Below are positions 9,389 to 19,403 of a stretch of DNA of 64,000 nucleotides, piece after piece. Every line of letters begins with the position of its first letter. Position 1 is the stretch's first letter. Source of the DNA: Lentisphaerae bacterium GWF2_38_69 (lineage in GTDB: Bacteria; Verrucomicrobiota; Lentisphaeria; Victivallales; GWF2-38-69); the NCBI GenBank assembly GCA_001803205.1, contig MHBE01000047.1, forward strand, positions 1,308-65,307. The letters are read 5' to 3'. The notes beneath the pieces were generated by a model. It had not been told where the DNA came from, searched no databases, and worked only from the letters and a program-made list of their open reading frames with translations. The translations under genes were made by a program, and so were the position numbers.

Positions 9389-12310
9389 TTAGTTGATATT
9401 TTTCCGAATTGTATCAGAAAGAACCTGAGGAGAACATGGTTTTCTGAGAAAACAGCTTACTCCCGCAGCCTTGGCGTTTATCTCAGATTCGTTGCTAAAA
9501 CCAGTTACAAGGATTACAGGTATTTCAGGCCTTATTCTCAGGACTTCCCTGCATAATTCAGTTCCGAGCATCTTGGGCATCATCTGATCAGTAATTACAA
9601 CATCAAAGTCTTTTGGTTTTGCTTTAAAGATAATCAAAGCTTCTTCTCCATCGGAGGCGATAGTAATTTTATAGCCAAGTTTCTCGAGACCTGCCTTATA
9701 AAGCATCTTAATAATAGCTTCATCTTCAACTATAAGGACTCTTGCATGACAGGATTTTGTATAGCAGAATGGCAAGTCATCTTTTTTTACTTCTTCTATA
9801 GTTCTATCTTCAAGTTTTACTTCCAGAGAATGAAAATATATTTTGAATGTAGCCCCTTTTCCAGGCTGGCTTTCAACAGTTACCCCCCCCTTGTGATTGA
9901 GCATAGTATTATAAACAGTAAAAAGGCCCAGTCCCGTGCCTTTTCCCACGCTTTTTGTTGAAAAATAAGGCTCGAAAATTTTTCTTTTTGCTTCAGGAGT
10001 CATTCCTTCTCCATCATCTTCAAGTACAAGTTCAAGGTATTTTCCAGCCTCAAAATTGGGTAATGGCAGGTTTGTCAAATCAAAAGAAACACATCTTGTC
10101 ATAATATGGAAATGACCACCGTTGGGCATTGCTTCCAGGGCATTCTTGAACATATTAATCAGGAGTTGATGTATCTGATGAGGATCACCGAAAACAAACT
10201 TGCATTCAGCATCTATAGATTTCTTAACGCTTACGCCTGCTTTGTCAAACTGCATCTGTATCATACTGAGAGAATCGTTAATGATAAGAGGCATATCCAC
10301 TGCCAGCATGTGTGTCTTTTCCGGGCTTGAATAAAAAAGCATCTGCTTGGCAAGATAAACGGCTCTCTCGCCCTGCTGGATAATCATATTTACATGCTCT
10401 CTTGCGTTACTTCCTTTTTTGCATTCATCCTTGAGGACATTAGCAAAACCAATGATACATGTCAGAATATTATTAAAATTATGCGCTATTCCCGCGGAAA
10501 GAGTTCCCAGACTTTCCATTTTCTGTATCTCATAAACTTTCTCATTAAATATTCTGCTCTTAGTTTCATTTTCCACATCTTTTGTCAAGTCAAAGAAATA
10601 TCCAATAGCGCTTTTTACTTGTTCTTCCGTGTTTGAAGTAAGACTTGATACAATCCTTATATATTTTAATGCGGATTTACTTTTGAAACGGAAAATGGAA
10701 TCCATCTGATTCCCGCTCAGAAGCATGGCCCAATGGGAATTAAAAAAAGAGACATCTTCTGAATAAATAAGAGTTCGCAAAGTTTTGAAATCAATTTGAG
10801 AAACATTTTCCAGTTCCAGTATGTCAGAAGCGACAGGAGAAAGTTCTAATTTCTCACTTTCTGAATAGTATTCCCAGCTTCCGATATTTGCTATTTTCTG
10901 GGCTTTAAGGAGCTTTTCCTTCTCTCTGGTTAATTCCCGTGTCCTCTGCAGAACCATTATCTCAAGGCGCCTTTTATACTTATTAACCTCAGCTTCTACT
11001 TTTTTGCGCTCTGTAATGTCATTGAAAAAACCTGCGTAAAAAGCTCCGTCAATATCGTTGTATTTTACAGACACTTCTATATCCAGAATAACTCCGTCTT
11101 TCCGGCGATGTTTTGTTTCAAAGCGATCAAAACCATTTTCAAAAACACTCTGGATATGCTTCTTAATTTCTTCAGGACCTTCTAAAGCTTCAATGTCAGA
11201 AACTTTCATAGTCAACAGTTCCTCTTTGCTGTATCCTATCATCTTGCAGTATGTACTGTTTACCTCAATAAATCTTCCTTCTTTATCTACAACGAAGAAG
11301 CCATCAATAGAAGCATCAATTATAAGATCATTTCTGTATTTGCTTTGAAGCAACCGTCTTTCAGAATTGGAAATCAGTTTTGCCATAAACAATACGGCAA
11401 TGAAAGCTATTAGAAAACTCAGCCAAAACCATATCATATCCCGATAAAGCTGTTTATTTAAGGTGTTGATTTCGGCACTTAAAGAAACACCTGAGCCTAT
11501 AAATAGTTTGTCTTGATTATCTCCTATATGTTTAAAACAGTATAATCTTTCTATATCGTCAATTCCTTTGAATTTCTTTATTAGAGCATCATTGTTTTTT
11601 ATCTGTTTAAAGTCGTCTTCTGAGAAAAATTTTCTGCCCATAACTTTGTCATAATCTGAAGGAAAGGAGATAACTTTTCCAGATGAATCAAGAGCTATCA
11701 TGACACCCTTATCTGGTATATAAAGATTCTTAATTTCTTCATTGATATAATTTAAATTCAGGCTTGATGCGACAACTGCCAATAAATTCTTTTGTTCATC
11801 AAAAACAGGATACGAGCAAATAATAATAGGAATATTCAATAATCTGCTATTCCAGAAATCGCCAAAAGAAAATTTATGATCTCTAATTACTCTTGAAAAA
11901 TAAGGTATGTTCCTGGAATTAAATTTGCCATGAAAAGGTTCAGCACTTGCAAATATATCTCCGTCCTTATTGAGGGCAATAATATTAGCATAAACTGGAA
12001 TTAAAGATTTGATCCGCTTAAAAAGTTTAGTAAGGTGTTCTGAATTCATGGTCTGAAAATCACTGCTCTGAGAAAGAGAAATAAGAAGTTCTCTAGATCC
12101 GCTTACGATTCTAGTATAATAGATTTCGAATGAAGTTGTTTCTTTAACACATTGTTCTTCGACGCATTTATAAATTTCTTGGTACTTTTGGCTATAAGTT
12201 ACAAGAATCATAGCGAGCATCGGAGTTAGTGCTATTAGAACGAGCAAAATCATTTTTGCCCGAAGAGAAGAAACCAACTTTTTATTGCAAATTTTATTAG
12301 TTTTAGTCAT
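9389..12310 (-). CDS. Hybrid sensor histidine kinase (N-terminal TM, Cache-like extracytoplasmic domain, PAS domains, HisKA, HATPase, C-terminal receiver)
   Basis: 973-aa. H-box AGIAHNFNNIL, N/G boxes (NALEAM, DDGEGM, GTGLGL), and a receiver with the VLIVEDE...DQMMP pattern. Confidence 0.9.
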   Translation of the reverse strand: MTKTNKICNKKLVSSLRAKMILLVLIALTPMLAMILVTYSQKYQEIYKCVEEQCVKETTSFEIYYTRIVSGSRELLISLSQSSDFQTMNSEHLTKLFKRIKSLIPVYANIIALNKDGDIFASAEPFHGKFNSRNIPYFSRVIRDHKFSFGDFWNSRLLNIPIIICSYPVFDEQKNLLAVVASSLNLNYINEEIKNLYIPDKGVMIALDSSGKVISFPSDYDKVMGRKFFSEDDFKQIKNNDALIKKFKGIDDIERLYCFKHIGDNQDKLFIGSGVSLSAEINTLNKQLYRDMIWFWLSFLIAFIAVLFMAKLISNSERRLLQSKYRNDLIIDASIDGFFVVDKEGRFIEVNSTYCKMIGYSKEELLTMKVSDIEALEGPEEIKKHIQSVFENGFDRFETKHRRKDGVILDIEVSVKYNDIDGAFYAGFFNDITERKKVEAEVNKYKRRLEIMVLQRTRELTREKEKLLKAQKIANIGSWEYYSESEKLELSPVASDILELENVSQIDFKTLRTLIYSEDVSFFNSHWAMLLSGNQMDSIFRFKSKSALKYIRIVSSLTSNTEEQVKSAIGYFFDLTKDVENETKSRIFNEKVYEIQKMESLGTLSAGIAHNFNNILTCIIGFANVLKDECKKGSNAREHVNMIIQQGERAVYLAKQMLFYSSPEKTHMLAVDMPLIINDSLSMIQMQFDKAGVSVKKSIDAECKFVFGDPHQIHQLLINMFKNALEAMPNGGHFHIMTRCVSFDLTNLPLPNFEAGKYLELVLEDDGEGMTPEAKRKIFEPYFSTKSVGKGTGLGLFTVYNTMLNHKGGVTVESQPGKGATFKIYFHSLEVKLEDRTIEEVKKDDLPFCYTKSCHARVLIVEDEAIIKMLYKAGLEKLGYKITIASDGEEALIIFKAKPKDFDVVITDQMMPKMLGTELCREVLRIRPEIPVILVTGFSNESEINAKAAGVSCFLRKPCSPQVLSDTIRKNIN

Positions 12311-12531
12311 AAGTTTAATACAAAAAACTTTTTATGAATTCTAGTGTGCAGCAGCTGTTTTGACAACAGGCATGAAAACTCTTCAGACATTTTTAGCCAG
12401 AACGAAAGAATTGACGCTTTCTTTTCTTTATACTACTATCCGTAAAAAGCATGCAATAAAAACAAGCTTTTTACTGTAAACTGTTAACCGTTAATAGTTT
12501 ACTGTTAATGAAATCGATTAGGTTTATTTCA

Positions 12532-12600
12532 ATGCGATTAGCGGTTAACTGTGAACCGTCAACGGTAAACCATACTATTTGGTTGCGGCTTCGCTGCTCT
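12532..12600. repeat. Repeat element, copy B (inverted relative to copy A at 8238-8299)
   Basis: See copy A. It is preceded by a run of degenerate TTAACNGT/TAAACTGT words (12470-12560). Confidence 0.85.
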
Positions 12601-12619
12601 AAGGTCATTAAGTTAAGAT

Positions 12620-14347
12620 TTATTGGTATTTCTTCAACTCTTCTGAAATCATGCTCTGGAACCTAGTTACCAGATCTTCAATAGGAATCATCTGCTTCTC
12701 TTTCACACCTCTTATACCAAATTCTACAGAATTAGTTTCGAGAGTCTTTGGAGAAATAATCACCCTGAAAGGCACACCGATGAGGTCGGCATCGTTAAAC
12801 ATAAAACCAGCTTTTTCTCCTCTGTCGTCGAAGATCACTTCAATTCCTTTTGACTGAAGGTTCGCATAGAGCTTTTCCGCAGTGCTCTTAACAGCTTCTT
12901 CTTTGATATTAAGCGCGCAGATATGTATCTGATAGGGAGCTATAGACATAGGCCATATCGGACCGTAATCGTCATGAGAGAGTTCTATTACAGATGCCAT
13001 ACTTCTTCCGACTCCTATTCCGTAGCAGCCCATTACCATCGGATGTGATTTACCGTTTTTATCGAGGTAATTGCAGTTCATTGACTCGGAATATTTAGTG
13101 CCCAGCTGAAAGATATTGCCTACTTCTATTCCTCTTTTTTCTTCCAGAGGAGCGCCTGTCAGCGGGCATGGATCACCTGCCCTTACTGTGGCAATCTCTG
13201 TAATTTCTGTTCCGGTCAAATCTCTCTCGAGATTGAAATTTTTGAAGTGATAATCCTTTTCGTTTGCGCCTACCACAAGATTTGAGGATTCAGCAACAGA
13301 TCTGTCCACGACTATTCTGAGTTTGCTTCTGTTTGTAAGAGAAAGAGGAGAAGCATATCCAGGAACAGCTCCGCATCTGCGAATCTCGTCGTCATTAGCA
13401 TATCTTAATGAAGGAGACTTGAGATAGTTTTTTAGTTTTGTTTCATTAACTTCGAAATCTCCTCTTATCATTGCAAAAATGAGATTTTCATTACAGTCAA
13501 TATAGAATACTGCTTTGCCGGTGTTTTCCGGTTTTAATCCAAGGAAAGTAGCTACTTCTTCAATTGTTTCCTTAGACGGAGTATGTACTTTTTCCAGCTC
13601 TTTCGGTGTTTCCTTTGTAAATTTCCATGCAGCTACGGCGATATCTTTGTTTGCCTTATAATTGCCGCAAGGAGACATAAAAATAGTATCTTCTCCTGCT
13701 TCTGAAAGAGCCATGAATTCATGGGAAACCTTTCCACCCATCATACCCGAATCGGATTTAATGGAAACGACATTTTTCATTCCGATTCTTCTAAAGATAT
13801 TCTCATAAGCTTTATGCGCTCTTTCATAATAAGCTTCGAGGCACTCCTGGGTTTCATGGAAGGAGTATGCGTCTTTCATCGTAAATTCTCTTACGCGAAT
13901 AAGCCCTGCTCTCGGGCGCGCTTCGTCGCGGTATTTAGTCTGAATCTGATAAACCATTATAGGAAGCTGTTTATAGCTGTTTACTTCAGATCTAATCAAG
14001 TGCACAACCGCCTCCTCGTGAGTCATCCCCAGAAGCATATCCTTTTCATTTCTGTCTTTAAAACGGAGAAGTTCTTCGCCTACAGATTTATATCTTCCTG
14101 ATTCTTCCCAGAGCTCTCTCGGGAGAACTACAGGCATAAGAACTTCCTGGCCTTCTATGGAATTCATCTCGTCACGAATAATAGTTTCAATTTTTGAGCA
14201 TATCCTGGAACCAAGAGGAAGAAGCGAGTAGATACCGGCAGAAACCATTCTGGCATATCCTCCTCTTATAATATATTTATGGCTGATAATCTGGGCGTCT
14301 CTGGGATCTTCCTTGATCCTTCTTCCGACGAGTTTTGACATTCTCAT
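12620..14347 (-). CDS. proS: Proline--tRNA ligase (bacterial type with INS editing domain)
   Basis: 575-aa. N-terminus MRMSKLVGRR, class II motifs (FRDE-like RPRAGLIRVREF, GCYGIGVGR), an insertion domain between motifs 2 and 3, and a C-terminal anticodon-binding domain. Confidence 0.95.
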   Translation of the reverse strand: MRMSKLVGRRIKEDPRDAQIISHKYIIRGGYARMVSAGIYSLLPLGSRICSKIETIIRDEMNSIEGQEVLMPVVLPRELWEESGRYKSVGEELLRFKDRNEKDMLLGMTHEEAVVHLIRSEVNSYKQLPIMVYQIQTKYRDEARPRAGLIRVREFTMKDAYSFHETQECLEAYYERAHKAYENIFRRIGMKNVVSIKSDSGMMGGKVSHEFMALSEAGEDTIFMSPCGNYKANKDIAVAAWKFTKETPKELEKVHTPSKETIEEVATFLGLKPENTGKAVFYIDCNENLIFAMIRGDFEVNETKLKNYLKSPSLRYANDDEIRRCGAVPGYASPLSLTNRSKLRIVVDRSVAESSNLVVGANEKDYHFKNFNLERDLTGTEITEIATVRAGDPCPLTGAPLEEKRGIEVGNIFQLGTKYSESMNCNYLDKNGKSHPMVMGCYGIGVGRSMASVIELSHDDYGPIWPMSIAPYQIHICALNIKEEAVKSTAEKLYANLQSKGIEVIFDDRGEKAGFMFNDADLIGVPFRVIISPKTLETNSVEFGIRGVKEKQMIPIEDLVTRFQSMISEELKKYQ

Positions 14348-14478
14348 ATTTTTTATACCTCATGTGATTTTTAATTTATTGTAACAAATATAAAGCTTAT
14401 GTGCAAAATAATAAACTTCTTGAGACAATGAATATTCTATCTTGGAGCTTTATTTGAAAAAAAGTAATTCCAGATGTT

Positions 14479-15852
14479 TTAATGGTTTATGCCGTATTCG
14501 TTCAATTTACGATGGAGAGTCCTTCGGCTTATCCCCAGTTTATCGGCTGCTGCTGTTTTATTGTTATGTGTTTCATCCAGTGCCTTAAGAATAAGTTTTT
14601 TCTCATTTGACTCTATATCAAGGGCATCAATGCTTTTCAAAATTTGGATCTTGCCTGATCCTGGCATAACTTTTTCTCTTATACTTGCTGGAAGTAAAGA
14701 CACCTGAAGGATAGACTCCCGTGAAAGCACTACCATTCTCTCTATGCAATTTCTCAATTCCCTTATATTTCCAGGCCAGTCGTAAGATTGCATAAAATTC
14801 ATAGCTTCTGCCGAAATACCTTCAATCTTTTTGCCGTTTTCCCTGGAATAGAAGTCGATAAAACTCTTGGACAGTAAAGGAACATCGTCCTTTCTTTGCC
14901 TTAGAGGTGGAAGTTCAATATTGAGCACATTTAATCGGAAATAAAGATCTTCCCTGAATTCACCCTTTTGAACCATTTCCTGAAGATTCCTGTTGGTTGC
15001 TGCAACTATTCTTGAGTCAGTCTGAATAGATTCAGAACCTCCCACCCGCTCAAAAATCCTGGTTTCGAGTATTCTTAATAGTTTAACCTGGACTACCTGA
15101 TCAATTTCACCGATTTCATCAAGAAAAATCGTGCCTCCGTCAGCAAGCTCGAAACGCCCTTTCCTTCTTTCAGAAGCTCCTGTAAAAGCTCCTCTTTCGT
15201 GCCCGAAAAGTTCACTTTCAAGAAGATTAGAAGGAAGCGCGGCACAATGAACCGGAACAAAAGGCCCCTTTCTTCCGCTCAGAGTATGAATTGACTGAGC
15301 AATTAGTTCTTTGCCGGTACCGCTTTCACCGGTAATAAGAATCGTAGAACGGGCAGGCGCTATCTGTTTGAGAAATTCAATAATCTCAGCCATTTTTGAA
15401 GATTTGCCTATAATATTTTCGACACCGAATTTTTCATTGAGCTGTTTTTTCAGCCTTGTATTTTCCTCTTTCAATTCTTTGGACTCAAGGGCTCTTTCTA
15501 TAATGAGTTCGAGTCGGCTGACATCTATAGGTTTTGACACAAAATCATAAGCGCCTGCTTTAATGGCGCCAACCGCAGTCTCAATCGAACCGTATGCCGT
15601 TATCAGAACGCATGGAGGAGCCGGATTCATTTTCATGGATTCTGCCAGAACATCCATTCCTGTAGCTCCCGGCATTTGAATATCCGAAAGAATAAGGTCA
15701 AAACTGTTTCGCTGAAGCACATTTATTCCTCTTATGCCGTCTTCGGCTACAGTAACATCATACTTTTTATTCAGAAGCTTAAAGACTCCGTTTCTGGTAT
15801 TCCTGTCATCTTCAATAAGGAGGATTGTCTTTTTGAGTTTTTCTTTTTCCAT
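14479..15852 (-). CDS. Sigma-54-dependent response regulator (NtrC family: REC, AAA+, Fis-type HTH)
   Basis: REC (ILLIEDD...SDIQMP), Walker [15 protein letters not shown] motif, C-terminal HTH. I place the start at the ATG at 15852 (MEKEKLKK...) because AAGGAG lies 9 nt upstream. The ORF track's longer start at 15891 would overlap the upstream kinase gene. Confidence 0.9.
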   Translation of the reverse strand: MEKEKLKKTILLIEDDRNTRNGVFKLLNKKYDVTVAEDGIRGINVLQRNSFDLILSDIQMPGATGMDVLAESMKMNPAPPCVLITAYGSIETAVGAIKAGAYDFVSKPIDVSRLELIIERALESKELKEENTRLKKQLNEKFGVENIIGKSSKMAEIIEFLKQIAPARSTILITGESGTGKELIAQSIHTLSGRKGPFVPVHCAALPSNLLESELFGHERGAFTGASERRKGRFELADGGTIFLDEIGEIDQVVQVKLLRILETRIFERVGGSESIQTDSRIVAATNRNLQEMVQKGEFREDLYFRLNVLNIELPPLRQRKDDVPLLSKSFIDFYSRENGKKIEGISAEAMNFMQSYDWPGNIRELRNCIERMVVLSRESILQVSLLPASIREKVMPGSGKIQILKSIDALDIESNEKKLILKALDETHNNKTAAADKLGISRRTLHRKLNEYGINH

Positions 15853-15865
15853 AATTTCAAACTCC

Positions 15866-17053
15866 TTATTGTTTATGCCCATTGGATCCAAGCAGCTTTA
15901 ATCTATTAGTTTTCAGGGGAAATGAAATGATAAATCTCGCGCCTTTGCCTGGTTCGCTTTCTACTGTGAGTTCGGCTCCGTGTTCCCTGATGATTTTCTC
16001 TACAATCATAAGCCCTAACCCTGTCCCTTTCTTTTTCTTAGTAAAATAGGGTTCGAAAATATTTGGAATATCCGCGGCAGAAATGCCGTGCCCGCTGTCG
16101 GTAATAGATACATTGAGTTTATCTTTCTCATAATCTATAAATATATCAAACCATATCATCCCGCCTGTAGGCATCGCCTGCATGGCATTTTTGATTATAT
16201 TGAAAAAAGCCTGTTTGAGCTGATTATGATCTCCCTGGATTATCGGACATGCATCAAGAAAATTTTTACCTGTTCCTATATGACTTTCATCAAGTTCGTT
16301 TTTCATAAATTCCAGTGTGAATAGAAGCAATTCCTGTATATCAATAGGTTCGTAATTCAACTTAACTGGTCTGATAGCCCCTAAGAATTGGGATATAATT
16401 AGATCAAGTCTCTTAACTTCGCTCTGACAGGTCTGGAGGATTTCAATACCTTCAGAATCCATTTTCCCTTTAAAATCCCTCTCCATAAGCTGAAGGTGTA
16501 TATTCAAACTGTTTAATGGGTTCCCGATTTCGTGGGCAACACCGGCTGCAAGCATTGACATAAGGGCAACTTTTTCGCTCTCAATTGTTTCTTTCTGACT
16601 CTTTATCTTTTCAGTTATATCGCTCAGGATAATAGTAGCCAGATCGTCTTCGTCTCCATGTGGAACAATATAAAAGCCAAGAACCCTGTTAACAGGATAG
16701 AATATCTCAATTTCCTGGCGTGAAATCCTGTCCCATTCATGTTTATCTCTTTGCAGTATCCACCCCCAATCTATATCTTTTAGGAATGCAGATATCTTTA
16801 TATCTTTCATATACTCCGGGATGCCGAGCATTTCCGCTGCGCTGCGATTGTTGTACCTGATACTCAACGATCGGTCTATAACGACTATGCCTTCCTTGAC
16901 CGCATTGAAAACTATTTCCAGAAAATCTTTATATTTAACAAGCTTATGGATAAAAGCCTGAAGGTTTTCTCCATCGAGATTTTCAACTTTGGAAAGAATA
17001 CTATCCAGAAATAAACCTTTCATTTCAAACTCACTTTTGGAACTTTTTGTCAC
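15866..17053 (-). CDS. Sensor histidine kinase (PAS, HisKA, HATPase), cytoplasmic NtrB-like partner of the downstream regulator
   Basis: 395-aa with no TM segments. H-box AAGVAHEIGNPL, N box NIIKNAMQAM, G boxes DSGHGI and GTGLGL. Confidence 0.85.
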   Translation of the reverse strand: MTKSSKSEFEMKGLFLDSILSKVENLDGENLQAFIHKLVKYKDFLEIVFNAVKEGIVVIDRSLSIRYNNRSAAEMLGIPEYMKDIKISAFLKDIDWGWILQRDKHEWDRISRQEIEIFYPVNRVLGFYIVPHGDEDDLATIILSDITEKIKSQKETIESEKVALMSMLAAGVAHEIGNPLNSLNIHLQLMERDFKGKMDSEGIEILQTCQSEVKRLDLIISQFLGAIRPVKLNYEPIDIQELLLFTLEFMKNELDESHIGTGKNFLDACPIIQGDHNQLKQAFFNIIKNAMQAMPTGGMIWFDIFIDYEKDKLNVSITDSGHGISAADIPNIFEPYFTKKKKGTGLGLMIVEKIIREHGAELTVESEPGKGARFIISFPLKTNRLKLLGSNGHKQ

Positions 17054-17217
17054 ATTAAAGAACTGCTTTTTTACTGTGTTATTTTAGCACACCATAAAAG
17101 CAGGATCAAAATGTTCAAGACTAATAATTGAGTAATTTTATTATCTGCCTTTGGAAAAAGCATATTTATCCTTTAAAATTGGAAGAATTGAACCATAAAA
17201 ATTAATGGAGGATAAGA

Positions 17218-17853
17218 ATGAAAGTTATAGCCTACAATGGAAGCCCAAGAAAGAAAGGGAACACCTCAATATTGATTCAAACTGTATTGAAAGAACTCAA
17301 CAAGCAGGGAATCGAAACAGAAGAAATACATATCGGCCTCAAAAATTATAGAGGCTGTCTGGGCTGCATGAAGTGCGCTGAAAATAAAAATGGCAAATGC
17401 GTCATAACTACAGATGATTTAAACCTTCAGATAGAAAAAATAATAGCTGCTGACGCTGTTATTCTCGGAAGCCCGATTTACTGCGCTAATATTTCAGGAC
17501 AGATGAAGACTTTCATTGATCGCGTAAGCATGGTGGGCTGCGTAAACGGAGATTTATACAAAAGAAAACCGGGTGCGTCAGTTCTAGCCGTAAGAAGAGC
17601 CGGAGGCGTAGAGGGAATGAATACAATTAACTCCTTCTTTGCAATTTCTCAGATGCTTATAGTAGGAACAACCTACTGGAATATGGGATACGGTATGCTT
17701 GAAGGCGAAGTTCTCAGTGATGCCGAAGGGATTCAGACTATGGTAAATCTGGGTAAAAATATGGGATGGCTTCTCAAGAGTCTGGAACTTGCCAAAGGAA
17801 AAGTAGAAGAACCCGACAGCGCAAGACAGATCCTTACTAATTTTATAAGATAA
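17218..17853 (+). CDS. Flavodoxin-fold NADPH-dependent FMN reductase / iron-sulfur flavoprotein-like protein
   Basis: 211-aa. N-terminal MKVIAYNGSPRKKGNTS FMN-binding signature and a Cys cluster CLGCMKCAENKNGKC. Confidence 0.75.
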   Translation: MKVIAYNGSPRKKGNTSILIQTVLKELNKQGIETEEIHIGLKNYRGCLGCMKCAENKNGKCVITTDDLNLQIEKIIAADAVILGSPIYCANISGQMKTFIDRVSMVGCVNGDLYKRKPGASVLAVRRAGGVEGMNTINSFFAISQMLIVGTTYWNMGYGMLEGEVLSDAEGIQTMVNLGKNMGWLLKSLELAKGKVEEPDSARQILTNFIR

Positions 17854-17975
17854 AAGTTTAAAAAGATGTTTTTCAGAACCGTTTCCTGTTGAGTAAAACT
17901 GGCATTCTTATAATTTTTAGAAAGCAGGAAGTTAAGATACAGTCGCTATGCGACACACTAAATTAAGAAAATAAT

Positions 17976-18443
17976 ATGAAAAAAATTAGTATCTTGTCTG
18001 TTACGATGTCTGTGCTCCTGTTGTCTTCAGTTAACATTTTAGCGCACTGTCAGATACCCTGCGGAATATATGATGATGGAACACAATTGACCATTATGTT
18101 TCAGGATATTGAAACAATCGAAAAATCCATGAACCAGATAAATATATTAAGCAAGGCGAAAGAGCCTAATTATAATCAACTTGCCAGATGGGTGGACAAT
18201 AAGGAAACACACGCAGGGAAATTGTCTGATTCAATTACATACTACTTTATGGAACAAAGAATAAAACCAGTTATAGACACAAACTCTCCGGACTATAAAA
18301 AATATATCAGAGAACTTACTCTCCTTCATCAGATATTATTTATCACTATGCAAACTAAACAGTCCATAGATACCTCTCTATGTGTCAAATTAAGAGAACT
18401 TCTTGGAGAATTTAAAAAAGCATACATGAAAAGCGATGAATGA
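17976..18443 (+). CDS. sodN: Nickel superoxide dismutase (NiSOD) precursor
   Basis: The Ni-hook motif HCQIPCGIYDD (cf. the canonical HCDLPCGVYDP) starts at residue 24, preceded by the 23-aa leader MKKISILSVTMSVLLLSSVNILA. Total length is 155 aa, and the mature part has the size of a four-helix-bundle NiSOD subunit. Confidence 0.85.
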   Translation: MKKISILSVTMSVLLLSSVNILAHCQIPCGIYDDGTQLTIMFQDIETIEKSMNQINILSKAKEPNYNQLARWVDNKETHAGKLSDSITYYFMEQRIKPVIDTNSPDYKKYIRELTLLHQILFITMQTKQSIDTSLCVKLRELLGEFKKAYMKSDE

Positions 18444-19377
18444 TTTATATGACAAGAGGCTTTGCCTGCCGTCACGGAAGGACTTTGAATCTTTAGAAGA
18501 AAAGCCGGAGTTTTTCACTACAGCTAGCCGAAAGCGTATCGCTTATTACCAATACGGCGACCCGAAAGGCCATCCGCTATTGTTTTATCACGGCACAGGC
18601 TCGCACATTCAGGCAATGTGTCTTCATAAACCTGCATTGGAGTATGGTTTCAGAATAATAGCTCCTGACCGTCCGGGAGTTGGGCTGTCAGAGTTTAGTC
18701 CTGGATGGAGCGTCCTTGAATTTGCCAGAGACATAGGCAAACTGACAGATCATCTCGGGCTTGATTCTTTCGGGATAGTAGGAATTTCCGGCGCAGGGCC
18801 TACGCTCATGGCAAGCGCATATGTTTTAGAAAAAAGATTAAAATGTGTTATAGATCTGGCCTGTGCAATGCCGCTCTACAAAGACAAGGAAGCTCTCTCT
18901 GAGCTTGGAGGAACAGATCGATTCTATGCCAGACTCGGAACGAGACTTCCGCTGATCGTTTTTCAGTTTCCGTTCTCTCTAATAGGAATAACCATGAAAT
19001 TCCTTAAAAAACCCGAACTTTTTGCAAAGATGTTCAAATCAAGTTTATGCCCTGCGGATCAGGAAATTTTCTCCATACCTGATTTCCAGTATTTTCTGAT
19101 GAAGGATTTTCAGACTCTTTTCAGAAATGGATCCAAAGCGGCGGCTCATGACGCGCAGAATGTTTACAGAAACTGGGGATTCAGCCTTTCTGAAATTAAG
19201 ACGCATATAGAAGGATTTCAGGGTACAGCTGATAAATTTATCCCTCCTGTCTTCAGCTCTCATATGGCAAAAACCGTTCTGGATTCAAATTTGAATCTCA
19301 TAGAAGGACAAGGCCACTTCTGCCACATCGTATACTGCTATAATACTCTCAGAAAAATAAAAGAACTCTTTTACTGA
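18436..19377 (+). CDS. Alpha/beta-fold hydrolase
   Basis: 313-aa. Oxyanion region LLFYHGTGSH, nucleophile elbow GISGAG, C-terminal GQGHF (catalytic His). The start overlaps the sodN stop by 8 nt (ATGAATGA). Confidence 0.8.
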   Translation: MNDLYDKRLCLPSRKDFESLEEKPEFFTTASRKRIAYYQYGDPKGHPLLFYHGTGSHIQAMCLHKPALEYGFRIIAPDRPGVGLSEFSPGWSVLEFARDIGKLTDHLGLDSFGIVGISGAGPTLMASAYVLEKRLKCVIDLACAMPLYKDKEALSELGGTDRFYARLGTRLPLIVFQFPFSLIGITMKFLKKPELFAKMFKSSLCPADQEIFSIPDFQYFLMKDFQTLFRNGSKAAAHDAQNVYRNWGFSLSEIKTHIEGFQGTADKFIPPVFSSHMAKTVLDSNLNLIEGQGHFCHIVYCYNTLRKIKELFY

Positions 19378-19403
19378 CCCTCTTCTTCGCGCATCATAAA
19401 AAA

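Noticed and set aside
8220-9396. ORF-track entries 8220-8477(-), 8840-9040(-) and 9196-9396(+) inside the non-coding block
   Set aside because: Their translations are read-throughs of the short tandem DNA words (e.g. ...PPRAQRNAEKSGVLILSSSVKSVANLL...). They have no SD or start context and no recognisable protein motif. I treat the region as non-coding.
14479-15891. Longer start (ATG at 15891) for the sigma-54 regulator, as in the ORF track
   Set aside because: It would overlap the kinase gene by 26 nt and add a non-conserved 13-aa extension. The ATG at 15852 has a canonical AAGGAG 9 nt upstream and begins right before the receiver domain.
17900-17914. Sigma-54-like -24 element TGGCAT upstream of sodN
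   Set aside because: The position where the -12 TTGC should lie reads TAAT, so the invariant GC is missing. The TATAAT at 17909-17914 is more likely a sigma-70 -10 box, and even that lacks a well-spaced -35.
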